DNA of 64,000 nucleotides from a virus. Taxonomy: Duplodnaviria > Caudoviricetes. Location of the stretch: the IMG/VR virus record IMGVR_UViG_3300037067_019204, positions 64,001-128,000 of that record. One strand, 5' to 3'. Below are positions 39,572 to 48,566 of the stretch, piece after piece. The position numbers and the translations under genes are program-made. Under the pieces are notes generated by a model, which had not been told where the DNA came from, searched no databases, and was given only the letters and a program-made list of their open reading frames with translations. The number at the start of each line of letters is the position of its first letter. Within the stretch, counting starts at the first letter, position 1.

Positions 39572-39673
39572 AGGCCCACAGCTTGTGACAAACATTGAGT
39601 ATATAAGCATTAAAATAAGTGTAATCATTGCTGATATAATAACAGAACAATATATCCACAAAAACATATCCAT
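39569..39673 (-). CDS. 34-aa single-TM peptide whose TAG stop is the first 3 nt of the CRISPR repeat
   Basis: GAGGTG RBS; MDMFLWIYCSVIISAMITLILMLIYSMFVTSCGP-stop; not in ORF track. Confidence 0.55.
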   Translation of the reverse strand: MDMFLWIYCSVIISAMITLILMLIYSMFVTSCGP

Positions 39674-39688
39674 ATAATCACCTCTTAT

Positions 39689-40036
39689 CTAATTTTCATA
39701 TTCTTTTACTACTATTGGTTTTGTAGAGTTTATATATTCTTTTTCTTCCTCTATAACCTTTTCTGCTGATTGAATAGTATCACAATAAGTAATCTTTTTT
39801 AATGCAATATTTTTAAAACCGCACCAAACACCAGAAGGTGTTTGCCATTGTGGATAATATTTATCTTTAATTTTAACAATTCTATATGCTATAGGATCAG
39901 GTATAGAATTAGTAGATGGTAATTTTTTTCTTGATTGACGATAATAGCAACCCATAAGAACAATTAATATAAATAAAAAAATGCAAATTACAATCCCCCA
40001 AGTACCTAATACTGTATATGAATTCAATATACTCAT
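39689..40036 (-). CDS. Hypothetical membrane-anchored protein
   Basis: N-terminal TM, AGGAGG RBS. Confidence 0.7.
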   Translation of the reverse strand: MSILNSYTVLGTWGIVICIFLFILIVLMGCYYRQSRKKLPSTNSIPDPIAYRIVKIKDKYYPQWQTPSGVWCGFKNIALKKITYCDTIQSAEKVIEEEKEYINSTKPIVVKEYEN

Positions 40037-40051
40037 ATCTAAACCTCCTAC

Positions 40052-40264
40052 TTATTTATTATTTTTAATAAAATAATTTTTGTCATTATCTTTTCTAATC
40101 CAAATTCCATACCAACCATTATCTTTTGATATAAAAAGATAGCCGGGTTGGTTATCAAAGCAAATAGTTTGTTTTCTAAAACAATAAAAAGACCATGTTT
40201 TATTTCCCAATATATCTTTTGCTTTATTTGTTAATGGTTCAATATTCATAGTTATCACCACCAC
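40052..40264 (-). CDS. Hypothetical protein
   Basis: ORF in - strand operon. Confidence 0.55.
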   Translation of the reverse strand: MVVITMNIEPLTNKAKDILGNKTWSFYCFRKQTICFDNQPGYLFISKDNGWYGIWIRKDNDKNYFIKNNK

Positions 40265-40368
40265 CCATAAAACGGATGATAACTTTCAACTTTTTTGCAT
40301 TTGACACAAATACGAGTATTAAAATCATAATAGTGCCATTTGTGTAATCCTATGTTGCATAATTTCAT
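40255..40368 (-). CDS. Small Cys/His protein (DUF1660-like)
   Basis: MKLCNIGLHKWHYY...RICVKCK; not in ORF track. Confidence 0.45.
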   Translation of the reverse strand: MKLCNIGLHKWHYYDFNTRICVKCKKVESYHPFYGWW

Positions 40369-40402
40369 TTTGATTACCCCAAGATTATTAAGTGTTAATT
40401 AA

Positions 40403-40885
40403 CTATGTCCATAAAAAGTTTCTTATTTTAATCAAACAAACCAAACTCTCTTCTTCTTTTTTCCTAAATTCTTCCTCACATTGTTTTAGCAAATCAAATA
40501 AATATTCCCCATATTTAGAACAAATTGATTTATATTCGTAAAAATCATCCCCTTGATAAGGTTCAGACCATAATATATTATGTTCAGACCATTCACTTAG
40601 TAAGTAATCAATTTCATCTTGTTTTTCCTGTCTTTCTTTTTTCCAGTAATTATAAAGATAGTCCATATCTTTCTTTGCTTGTTCATGATATTCATCACTA
40701 TCCCAACAGATTGTATCTATTCCACCATTCTCATAAAAATCACAGAGAAGTTCAAAATTAAAAGTAACCAACATGTCCAAGCATTCCCACGGTGCATAGA
40801 ATGCTTTGCTGGATTTCCAAAACAATTTTATCTTATAGTATCTTCTTCTTATAAACCAAGTATGTTTATATATAAATTTATTCAT
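40403..40885 (-). CDS. Hypothetical phage protein
   Basis: 160 aa, Trp/Glu rich. Confidence 0.7.
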   Translation of the reverse strand: MNKFIYKHTWFIRRRYYKIKLFWKSSKAFYAPWECLDMLVTFNFELLCDFYENGGIDTICWDSDEYHEQAKKDMDYLYNYWKKERQEKQDEIDYLLSEWSEHNILWSEPYQGDDFYEYKSICSKYGEYLFDLLKQCEEEFRKKEEESLVCLIKIRNFLWT

Positions 40886-41058
40886 GGTTTTTTCTTCTCT
40901 TTAGATAGACTAACGGTATCAATATACAGCATTGCAAATAACACAGCCTCAAGTATGTGAGCCGAAAGTTCACCATGATTCATATTTTGGTTTGCCCCAA
41001 TATATGTAATTACTGCATTATAAATATCATTTTGAAACTCATCCCCAAATGCACTCAT
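40882..41058 (-). CDS. Small hypothetical protein (58 aa)
   Basis: AGGAGG RBS, MSAFGDEFQ...; TTGACA promoter at 41110-41115 upstream. Confidence 0.55.
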   Translation of the reverse strand: MSAFGDEFQNDIYNAVITYIGANQNMNHGELSAHILEAVLFAMLYIDTVSLSKEKKKP

Positions 41059-41133
41059 AGCGGACCTCCTTATATGTTATAAAAACAAAATACTATATGC
41101 TTATTTAAATGTCAATAAAAAATTATTAATTAT

Positions 41134-41172
41134 AATAATAAAGGAAAAGTGTTTAGCTTTTCCTTTATTATT
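41134..41172 (-). terminator. Rho-independent terminator-like hairpin
   Basis: AATAATAAAGGAAAAG/CTTTTCCTTTATTATT 16-bp inverted repeat after the 41185 stop. Confidence 0.65.
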
Positions 41173-41184
41173 TCTTTATATAAA

Positions 41185-41676
41185 TTATTTAAGCGGAAAC
41201 GGTGAACAAATAACTCGTGGTTCAAAGTAAACTGGGCGAGGATTTCCTTTAGGATCAATAAGCATTACCCAAGTCCCCTCAGCATCAGCAGGAGAAAACA
41301 ATCCATTGGGATCTGCTTGAGGAGTTGTAGTTCCATTATAATCATATTTCATAGGATTAGTAAACTGTGTGGCATAGGGAATGGGGTATCCTATTGCTTT
41401 ACCACGAAAATGAAGTCCACCACTCATATCTTCAGTATAGACATAAGTAATAAAATTTTCTTTATCTCGAAGTTCTATAATCATTTTAAGAAGCTTACGT
41501 TCCCTAAAATTTTTAACTGCTGGCATTCCTATTTGAGATGTTCCTTCTGCAAGAATTTTTTCTTGTTGCTCCCTTTGGACATCATCTGAATTACGTTGCA
41601 TACAACCATCGTTCCCCTTTGCACCCATCAAAAAAACTGTAAACAAAACCACTAAAAAAGCAAAATATTTTCTCAT
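41185..41676 (-). CDS. Phage exported/lipoprotein-like protein
   Basis: Signal peptide then Cys; IGYPIPYATQFTNP, QADPNGLFSP, GTWV, YFEP. Confidence 0.7.
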   Translation of the reverse strand: MRKYFAFLVVLFTVFLMGAKGNDGCMQRNSDDVQREQQEKILAEGTSQIGMPAVKNFRERKLLKMIIELRDKENFITYVYTEDMSGGLHFRGKAIGYPIPYATQFTNPMKYDYNGTTTPQADPNGLFSPADAEGTWVMLIDPKGNPRPVYFEPRVICSPFPLK

Positions 41677-41726
41677 AATTATCTCCTTTTATTTTATTAA
41701 TTTTTTTCTAGAACATAAAAAGTATT

Positions 41727-42074
41727 TTATTGCACATTGTTTTCTTCATAAGAATCATACTTACATTTTTTTAGAAAATCACGAAGTTCTGATGATAAAC
41801 GATCTTCATTATAATCTGAAAACTTGATGCGAACTGTATTCATAATAGCTTTTTTATCTTGTTTATCTTTAGCCATATTGTATTGATGCATAAGATCAAT
41901 AAGCTCTTGTTGCATACCTTGATTATAAGACTTAGTTTCTTCAAATATTTGTCGTCTAATATTCTCCCGTTTAGGACCAATAAAACTTTCCCATATTAGA
42001 CTAGAATAATCAAGACCAAGTATTAAAGCAAAAAACAAAACAAAACCACCAACCCACATAGAAATAAGTTTCAT
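41727..42074 (-). CDS. Membrane-anchored hypothetical protein
   Basis: N-terminal TM, RRQIFEETKSYNQG. Confidence 0.7.
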   Translation of the reverse strand: MKLISMWVGGFVLFFALILGLDYSSLIWESFIGPKRENIRRQIFEETKSYNQGMQQELIDLMHQYNMAKDKQDKKAIMNTVRIKFSDYNEDRLSSELRDFLKKCKYDSYEENNVQ

Positions 42075-42097
42075 AAAGCATCCTCCTTTTTTGATTT

Positions 42098-42646
42098 TTA
42101 ATCATTCCACAAAAAATCTAATAGTGTATAGATATAATCTATTTGAGCATCTGTAAACTTCCATCTTTTACCTATGTTCTTATCTGCCCAATCAAAAGGA
42201 CCATCACTACCTTTTTCTTTGCTCATTGCACACCAATCACAACACATTTCAGCTATATCTATATCAGACATGATTGTTGCGTCTGTGATAGATTGGGGTG
42301 ATTTATCTTTATCTTCTTTATTTATTTTTGAATTTTTATCAAAAAACTCAGGATGATGACTATTATTATGAATATGATGCTCAGTGGCTTTATGCATAGC
42401 ATCCCTTGTTGCCGCATCTACTTCAAAAGGAATATTGTTATCCTTACAATAATATTCCCAAGTAACATATACATAAGGAGCTACTTCAGGCCCATAAAAT
42501 TTACTTTCATCATGGATAGCTCCCCTTTCTAATAGTTCTTTATATACATCAGGATCAAAATCATATAACTTTTTACAATAACTATTTACTAGACTTATGT
42601 GATTCTCTGTTCTTTTATAAAACCAATTAATCATTTCTTTATTCAT
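42098..42646 (-). CDS. HD-like phosphohydrolase (DUF5662-like)
   Basis: H...V, HDESK, HH..N.HHPE, EM.CDW.A. Confidence 0.7.
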   Translation of the reverse strand: MNKEMINWFYKRTENHISLVNSYCKKLYDFDPDVYKELLERGAIHDESKFYGPEVAPYVYVTWEYYCKDNNIPFEVDAATRDAMHKATEHHIHNNSHHPEFFDKNSKINKEDKDKSPQSITDATIMSDIDIAEMCCDWCAMSKEKGSDGPFDWADKNIGKRWKFTDAQIDYIYTLLDFLWND

Positions 42647-42660
42647 GTCTATTTCTCCTA

Positions 42661-43047
42661 TTAACAATTGGAATATGTTTTAAACATACAAGTTTCTCTC
42701 TTTATTTCCTTCTCTAGGTCTTGTATTTCTTGTTTTTTTTCCTCAATTTTCTTTTTAAGATGTTCCTCTTTTATTTGAGGGGAGGTATATTGAAGTTCAA
42801 AATTTCCTCTTATTCTTATTTTAATCCCATGTTCCAATTCAAGTTCTACATCATTAAATTCATAGGATTCATAGGATGGGTGAATAGAATTATTTTTTAT
42901 ACGTGTATAATAAGTAAGTTCAGCAATACTTTTCTCCAATCCACCAAAAGAAACAAATGGTGTTCCTATTTTTAATATCTTTTTATTATATAAAATACTA
43001 TTTAGTGTATCAGGATTATTATTTATTTGAGATTTTTTCTTCTTCAT
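42661..43047 (-). CDS. Hypothetical protein
   Basis: 128-aa ORF in operon. Confidence 0.55.
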   Translation of the reverse strand: MKKKKSQINNNPDTLNSILYNKKILKIGTPFVSFGGLEKSIAELTYYTRIKNNSIHPSYESYEFNDVELELEHGIKIRIRGNFELQYTSPQIKEEHLKKKIEEKKQEIQDLEKEIKRETCMFKTYSNC

Positions 43048-43201
43048 ATACTTTTTCCTCCATTTTATTTAACTCAGTTTTGGAACTTCTCTCTTTGAGG
43101 ATAACTTCAATCAAATTTTTTGCTGTAATAAGATTATCAGTACTAATGTATTCATTATTCATTAAGATAGAGAATAATGATTTTTCATAGTAGTTCTTCA
43201 T
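43019..43201 (-). CDS. Hypothetical protein
   Basis: 60 aa, AGGAG RBS. Confidence 0.55.
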   Translation of the reverse strand: MKNYYEKSLFSILMNNEYISTDNLITAKNLIEVILKERSSKTELNKMEEKVYEEEKISNK

Positions 43202-43350
43202 CTTTTTTCTCCTTTTTTACTTTTAAATCCTCTCTTTCCATACGCATTCTTTTTATAGAATCGTCTGCTAATTTTTGAAGTTTAGGATTTGTCAGTGACC
43301 ATTCTTGATACCTTCCTTTGAAACCAGAAATAGAACAAAAGTAAACTTTT

Positions 43351-43557
43351 TTATCTATCATTTTTTGTATCCTTTGTCATATTTTCCCACTCATTATATA
43401 AATCATCACGAAGAAAGTAATGTATCTTTTTCCAATTATTAATAATTGTTTCTGCAAGTTCCAGCCTTTTTAGAAGATATTTATTTTTTGTTTTGTATGC
43501 ACGTAACATTCTGATATGAGCAAAAAATAATTTATGAGTTGTTTTATAATTTAACAT
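43351..43557 (-). CDS. Hypothetical protein
   Basis: 68 aa; C-terminal pattern similar to 43579..43782. Confidence 0.55.
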   Translation of the reverse strand: MLNYKTTHKLFFAHIRMLRAYKTKNKYLLKRLELAETIINNWKKIHYFLRDDLYNEWENMTKDTKNDR

Positions 43558-43578
43558 TTTATTTATCTTCCTCTTTTT

Positions 43579-43782
43579 TTATTTTTCCATTTCTTTAACA
43601 CTTGATTGCCATTCTTTAAAAGCACGATCTTCTTCTTCTCCATACATAGTATGAATAACTCTTTCCGCTGCCTCACATCGACGTTTAAGCATTGAAATAT
43701 ATGTACATTGATCACATAAATGCCCACTTACACATGATTCTCCATGTCCTAATGTTCTCCCACAAGGTATTTTATAATTCAT
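43579..43782 (-). CDS. Hypothetical protein
   Basis: 67 aa, GGAGG RBS, Cys/His-rich N-terminus. Confidence 0.6.
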   Translation of the reverse strand: MNYKIPCGRTLGHGESCVSGHLCDQCTYISMLKRRCEAAERVIHTMYGEEEDRAFKEWQSSVKEMEK

Positions 43783-43850
43783 TTCTTGCCTCCCACCTTT
43801 TTAATATCCAAAACAATCATCTAGCACATCTTCCATCATACTTTGTTGTA

Positions 43851-44144
43851 TTACTTTCCTGTTATTATCCATATAATTCCCTTTACTAAAAGGAATCCAA
43901 AGAATAAAACAATAATAAGTACCTGAAACCCAAAAGTAACAGGACCACCAACTTTCACAATACATCCAACACTATTGCCACAAATATTTGGAAATATGGT
44001 TGTGGTTATAAAACCAAATATTCCTATAAAAACAAAAGCAACAGTATATAAGCAAATAGGAACGATGATACAAAGAATACCAACGAGTTTTAAAAATTCC
44101 CATATTCCCTCTAATGTATATTTAAGTCTTTCTAATATTTCCAT
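43851..44144 (-). CDS. Hypothetical membrane protein
   Basis: Two long hydrophobic segments. Confidence 0.65.
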   Translation of the reverse strand: MEILERLKYTLEGIWEFLKLVGILCIIVPICLYTVAFVFIGIFGFITTTIFPNICGNSVGCIVKVGGPVTFGFQVLIIVLFFGFLLVKGIIWIITGK

Positions 44145-44147
44145 ATA

Positions 44148-44621
44148 TTAAACCTCTTTCTTTGCATAGGTGAAATAAGAGAGAGACCCCCATACAATAA
44201 ATTCAGGCCATGCTGCAAAATATGGCATCCCATTCTTATTTTTTTCGGTTTCTGTTTCTATTATTTTGCTTAAAAGTTCTTCTGTTGCATCATGGCATTC
44301 TTTTTCTTGTTCATATAGAGTTTTCCAGCGTTCACTTTCAAGTTTTAGTTGTCTTATAACTTTTGCTACAGCGAAATCATTTACCCATTTTTTATCCTCT
44401 ATTTGAGTTAAAGTAACTTCTTCTATCCTATTTAAATCATAGAGAACACCATCAATTGGTTGTTGTATAAAAGTTTGTATAGGAGCAATAATAGGCCCTT
44501 CTGTGGACATAAAAACAATATTTCCCTTTTTATCTTCTTTAAGAATTAAATCACGAAAAGACTTGTATTTATTATCAATTTCTTCTTGTGGAACTTCTTT
44601 GCATACGTTTTCTTTTTCCAT
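44148..44621 (-). CDS. Hypothetical protein
   Basis: 157 aa, GAGG RBS; TTGACA-N17-TATTAT promoter upstream (44639-44667). Confidence 0.7.
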   Translation of the reverse strand: MEKENVCKEVPQEEIDNKYKSFRDLILKEDKKGNIVFMSTEGPIIAPIQTFIQQPIDGVLYDLNRIEEVTLTQIEDKKWVNDFAVAKVIRQLKLESERWKTLYEQEKECHDATEELLSKIIETETEKNKNGMPYFAAWPEFIVWGSLSYFTYAKKEV

Positions 44622-44693
44622 TTTTCCTCACTATAATTAATAATATTATAAGCACTGTTTATTGTCAACAATAAATTATTAATTTTATATAAA

Positions 44694-45044
44694 TTATCTT
44701 TTGTGATTATTTATTTTGTTTTGGTATTTTTTATAATATTTTGGCCAGTTTTTTTTATAAAAGTCTGGGTATTTTTTAATTGCTTCTTCTGGCCATTCAA
44801 CATTGTATCCTTTCATATGAAAAAAGAAGTCTTCTGTTTTTTGTATTATTTTTCTGTAAGGAGTTACAGAATCCATGTGACAGTTATTTACATTAAGAGT
44901 CTTAGAGATAATAAATATTGGCCATAAAAATAATAATCTTAAAAATCTCATTGGGACACTTCCCGGTGAGATAAAAGTAAGAAAAAGCATAAGCCCATTA
45001 AATAGCCAAAATAAAATTATAATTACCATAACATTAATATTCAT
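44694..45044 (-). CDS. Hypothetical membrane protein
   Basis: Hydrophobic N-terminus; start overlaps the upstream stop. Confidence 0.55.
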   Translation of the reverse strand: MNINVMVIIILFWLFNGLMLFLTFISPGSVPMRFLRLLFLWPIFIISKTLNVNNCHMDSVTPYRKIIQKTEDFFFHMKGYNVEWPEEAIKKYPDFYKKNWPKYYKKYQNKINNHKR

Positions 45045-45352
45045 TTTTTGTAGTTTCCCTCCACCTTCTTTTTCGCCGCGAGCCATGCAGCAACTATATC
45101 ATAATCACATTGTTTATCCCCATATTTATTTTCACAACCAACATCGTAAGGGTGTGAAAAATTATGACATAGTTCACATATTATATTTATTAACTTTTCT
45201 TTATCCGCGTCCGCCGCCGTCAGTGCATCGCGGAGGGCGGTGTTCTGTATTTCAAGATAAAATCCGTATGCTTCAGAGTAATTGCCGTGCGAAGTATGCG
45301 TCATTTTATCAGGATTATCCGTGCAGAATATTTTTCGTATTTTTTCACTCAT
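45041..45352 (-). CDS. Hypothetical protein
   Basis: AGGAGG RBS; ALRDALT motif shared with the next gene. Confidence 0.65.
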   Translation of the reverse strand: MSEKIRKIFCTDNPDKMTHTSHGNYSEAYGFYLEIQNTALRDALTAADADKEKLINIICELCHNFSHPYDVGCENKYGDKQCDYDIVAAWLAAKKKVEGNYKK

Positions 45353-45369
45353 TTCGGTTCCTCCTGTAA

Positions 45370-45621
45370 TTAAATATGCCGTCTTAATTCTATATGAATT
45401 GATGAGCCATATTCAATTTGGTTAAATCGGTTTCTGTTTAAATAATCACATGCTTCTTGTATTGATTGTTTCATACATTCATTTTCTCTTTCTACTAACG
45501 TTAGTGCTTCACGGAGGGCGGCGATTTCATTATTTTTACCATTGCATTTACAAACAGATACTAATTCTTGTGGATTATCAAAACCTTTTACTTCTAAATA
45601 GTATTTGCATTTATCACTCAT
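45370..45621 (-). CDS. Hypothetical protein
   Basis: Same 23-nt RBS/start block as 45352; ALREALT motif. Confidence 0.65.
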   Translation of the reverse strand: MSDKCKYYLEVKGFDNPQELVSVCKCNGKNNEIAALREALTLVERENECMKQSIQEACDYLNRNRFNQIEYGSSIHIELRRHI

Positions 45622-45769
45622 TTCGGTTCCTCCTGTTATAACCAAAATTTAAACATTCTTCTTTTCTTAGTTTTGTAACACCGGGAACAAGTTTTATATT
45701 CATTCCCCCAAATATCTGAAAGATACAACCAATCGTGGCCTAAAAAGAAACATTTTATTTTATCAAGCA

Positions 45770-45979
45770 TTATTCCTCCTTTGAGGGAATATAATATTTC
45801 AAATATTCACTCGTGATGAAATCAACATTGTTTAGCCCGATATTTTGAAACTTTTCTTTAACTTCTTTTGGAACTTTGACATTAAAGTAGTTTTCGTATT
45901 CTGCTATAAATTCATCAAATGGCATAGCATTATATTTTTTTCTTATTTCCAATGCTTTTAATAACTGTTTCATATTCAT
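45770..45979 (-). CDS. Hypothetical protein
   Basis: 69-aa ORF, coupled start. Confidence 0.6.
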   Translation of the reverse strand: MNMKQLLKALEIRKKYNAMPFDEFIAEYENYFNVKVPKEVKEKFQNIGLNNVDFITSEYLKYYIPSKEE

Positions 45980-46353
45980 TTCGGTTCCTCTTTTGGTAGG
46001 AGTGAATATTCTTGAGCTGTTTTTATTGCCATATCTGACGTCTCCTTCCTGCTCTCACACAATGACATAATTATATCAAGTATCACATCTGATTCATTAT
46101 TACCACACTCAAGAAGTTTCTTATATGCTGCATGAAAAAATGGATCATTGTAAAACAACCGACGCGTTCTCTCGTCGCCATTGCACATTTTTTTTGAAAT
46201 TAGTATGGCTATGCTGCTCTTCACTTCTCCCTCCCGCACATCGCGCCAGCCGGAGGGGGTGGCGGGAATGTTGCCTTTGCAATTACAACTATCGGTATGA
46301 TTTACTTTTATTTCATAATGTGGACACTTCATTCTTTTCATTCTCTCCCTCAC
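45976..46353 (-). CDS. Hypothetical protein
   Basis: 125-aa ORF with a GC-rich patch. Confidence 0.55.
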   Translation of the reverse strand: MRERMKRMKCPHYEIKVNHTDSCNCKGNIPATPSGWRDVREGEVKSSIAILISKKMCNGDERTRRLFYNDPFFHAAYKKLLECGNNESDVILDIIMSLCESRKETSDMAIKTAQEYSLLPKEEPK

Positions 46354-46364
46354 TTTAAATAATA

Positions 46365-46556
46365 TTAACTCTCTGGTTTCTCTGCATCCTTATGGAACAA
46401 TTTTAACTTCTCACATAATCTACAGATGTTTCGACACTCACTTCTGGGGTCAGACCAATCACTTCTTATACTCGCCGCAAGACTGTCTATCTTGTCAATA
46501 ATCTGTATTGCCGTTTCCTCTGGCATATCAAAACAATTTTGTTCTTCACTCATCAC
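46365..46556 (-). CDS. Hypothetical protein preceded by a G10 tract
   Basis: 63 aa; the RBS region is a poly-G run. Confidence 0.55.
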   Translation of the reverse strand: MMSEEQNCFDMPEETAIQIIDKIDSLAASIRSDWSDPRSECRNICRLCEKLKLFHKDAEKPES

Positions 46557-46898
46557 TCCCCCCCCCCGCCGTGGCGGTTGTTATTTATTAACAATGTTTA
46601 ATTATCAGCATAATAACGGTCAATACTGCAACCAGTTGCCATAGTTCAGACCCAATTGTTTCTTTGATGTATTTTTTATCATTATCATCCAGCATCTTTC
46701 ATCTTTCCTCACTATATAATTTTTATTTATTCATACTTCCCATCATTATATTATTGGCCCATCCAAACAACATAAGTATTACCAATAGTCGCCAGTCATA
46801 CCAATAAAGGATAAGTGTTATTGATATCCCACCTATTACCAATTGAAATATTTTATTTATCATTTTTTTCTTCATTATCTTTATAGTGTAATTATAAA

Positions 46899-47093
46899 TT
46901 AATTGGATTCTTTTGGCACAGTAATAATAAGTTTTCCTGTACAATCAATATCTTTAGCCCATTTTATTATTTCAAAAATGGCCTGTCCTTTATCAAATAT
47001 TTTGGTTTCAACCCACATGTCCCCAATTGTTTCATTCCCACAAGATTTTTCAGCTATTGCAACCACTTGGTTATAGTTATCAGGTATTTTCAT
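46899..47093 (-). CDS. Hypothetical protein
   Basis: AGGAG RBS; SCGNETIGDMWVET. Confidence 0.55.
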   Translation of the reverse strand: MKIPDNYNQVVAIAEKSCGNETIGDMWVETKIFDKGQAIFEIIKWAKDIDCTGKLIITVPKESN

Positions 47094-47131
47094 TTCTTTT
47101 ACTCCTTTTTTAGAACGAATATCTGCAATCA

Positions 47132-47341
47132 TTAATCCCCACAATAATCATTTCCTTGTAGATTATAGGTTAACGAAACAGGAACACACTTATATCCTTC
47201 CTTTTTTGATTTAATAATTGGCATTTGGTAATTCATATAGTCCTCAAAATTAGACCATGCTTGGTTTTCAGTATTACCAATAGTAGCATATATTGGGAAG
47301 TCATAACCAAGTATTATCATATACATTTTTTTTGTTTTCAT
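47132..47341 (-). CDS. Hypothetical protein
   Basis: 69 aa, GGGAG RBS. Confidence 0.55.
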   Translation of the reverse strand: MKTKKMYMIILGYDFPIYATIGNTENQAWSNFEDYMNYQMPIIKSKKEGYKCVPVSLTYNLQGNDYCGD

Positions 47342-47398
47342 TAATCATCTCCCTATTAATGCTATAAATATGTGTTTTATCCTAATTCTCTACCCGCA

Positions 47399-47641
47399 TT
47401 ATTTACGCTTGCCCCTTTTCCAATCATTAAAACTTATATTTTTTCTTATTTGTTGTGAAAAGTGATAAGCACCACATCCTTGATCATCTATACCAATCAT
47501 TCTAATTTTTGTTTCACGCCCTATAAAACGCTCATATTCTTCTTTCTGTTGATCTTTTGATGCTTCATTTCTTATTGATTTACTACCACTACCAAAAGAA
47601 TATGGGTTTTGTCTTTTATGTAATTCTTCTTCATAGCTCAT
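47399..47641 (-). CDS. Hypothetical protein
   Basis: 80 aa, GGAGG RBS. Confidence 0.6.
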   Translation of the reverse strand: MSYEEELHKRQNPYSFGSGSKSIRNEASKDQQKEEYERFIGRETKIRMIGIDDQGCGAYHFSQQIRKNISFNDWKRGKRK

Positions 47642-47667
47642 TTTATTTTTCCTCCATTATATGGTTA

Positions 47668-48429
47668 TTACTTTTTTTTCATTGTTATTAATATAATAGT
47701 AGAGGGATCATAAATTATATTTTTGCTGTATTCAATGTATATCTTTTTCATCTTTTTTGCAACTTTTTTGTACTTAAAATGAAAATGAACTTTCCCAGCT
47801 TTAAGTTGACTAAAGAATCCTAACAAGCTTCTCCCATAAAAAAACCCTTTATCCCCCAACCCCAAATCAATAAGAAAGGCATGTAATTCATCATACCAAA
47901 CAGTTTTATCGTATTCTTTATATAGTAATATATCAAATATATTTCTAAAATAGGATTTTTTTGCGCACATGTTTACATTATAAAAATTAATCAGTGCGTT
48001 TACCTCTCTTCTATAATTTTTGTCAAAATCATATATAGCATGGGCTATTTCATGATTAAGTGCCGTAAAATGTTTACACGTTGCTATAATATAAAACTCT
48101 TTTGCTTTTTTTAGCTTAATAAGTTTTTCTAGTTCACTTATAACAAATAATTCTCTTTCAGAAAGACGATCTTTTTTAATTACTTTTATAAACTCTTTAA
48201 ATACTTCCCCAGAAATGTTATGCCCCAATACTACAGATAAATATTTTGGGTAGTATGCAAGCACCTGACCAATTTCAAAATAGGTTCCTTTATATTTAGG
48301 AGATTCACTAAATTCGCTCATACGCAAAAAGCTTAAATTCATATCTCTTTGAGAATCAAAATTAAAATGAAATATGCACTTTTTTTCTTTATTGTATTGC
48401 ATTGTGTTTATTGTTACATTCATAGGCAT
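47668..48429 (-). CDS. Zincin-like (HExxH) hypothetical protein
   Basis: HEIAHAIY...DELHAF. Confidence 0.6.
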   Translation of the reverse strand: MPMNVTINTMQYNKEKKCIFHFNFDSQRDMNLSFLRMSEFSESPKYKGTYFEIGQVLAYYPKYLSVVLGHNISGEVFKEFIKVIKKDRLSERELFVISELEKLIKLKKAKEFYIIATCKHFTALNHEIAHAIYDFDKNYRREVNALINFYNVNMCAKKSYFRNIFDILLYKEYDKTVWYDELHAFLIDLGLGDKGFFYGRSLLGFFSQLKAGKVHFHFKYKKVAKKMKKIYIEYSKNIIYDPSTIILITMKKK

Positions 48430-48566
48430 CTCCTTGTTATATTGATTCTTTTTTAGAATCTAAATCTCTGGAAAGGCATTTTGGACAATATATAAATTCT
48501 TGCTCAGACTTCCAAACATATAAGCATGATCTGCAAAGATATCTGATTATATATCTCATAGTTTAC

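Noticed and set aside
39389-39595. AAACAT present in all three spacers and the right flank
   Set aside because: Occurs at different offsets and is a low-complexity hexamer in AT-rich DNA; not treated as a signal.
39450-39659. 69-aa ORF from the ORF track running through the CRISPR repeats
   Set aside because: Crosses repeats and spacers and has no RBS of its own; the RBS-supported frame is the 34-aa ORF 39569-39673.
42422-42434. 13-nt match (TTCAAAAGGAATA) to one end of spacer 2, suggesting self-targeting
   Set aside because: Short, AT-rich and does not extend; compatible with chance. No full protospacer seen in the window by eye.
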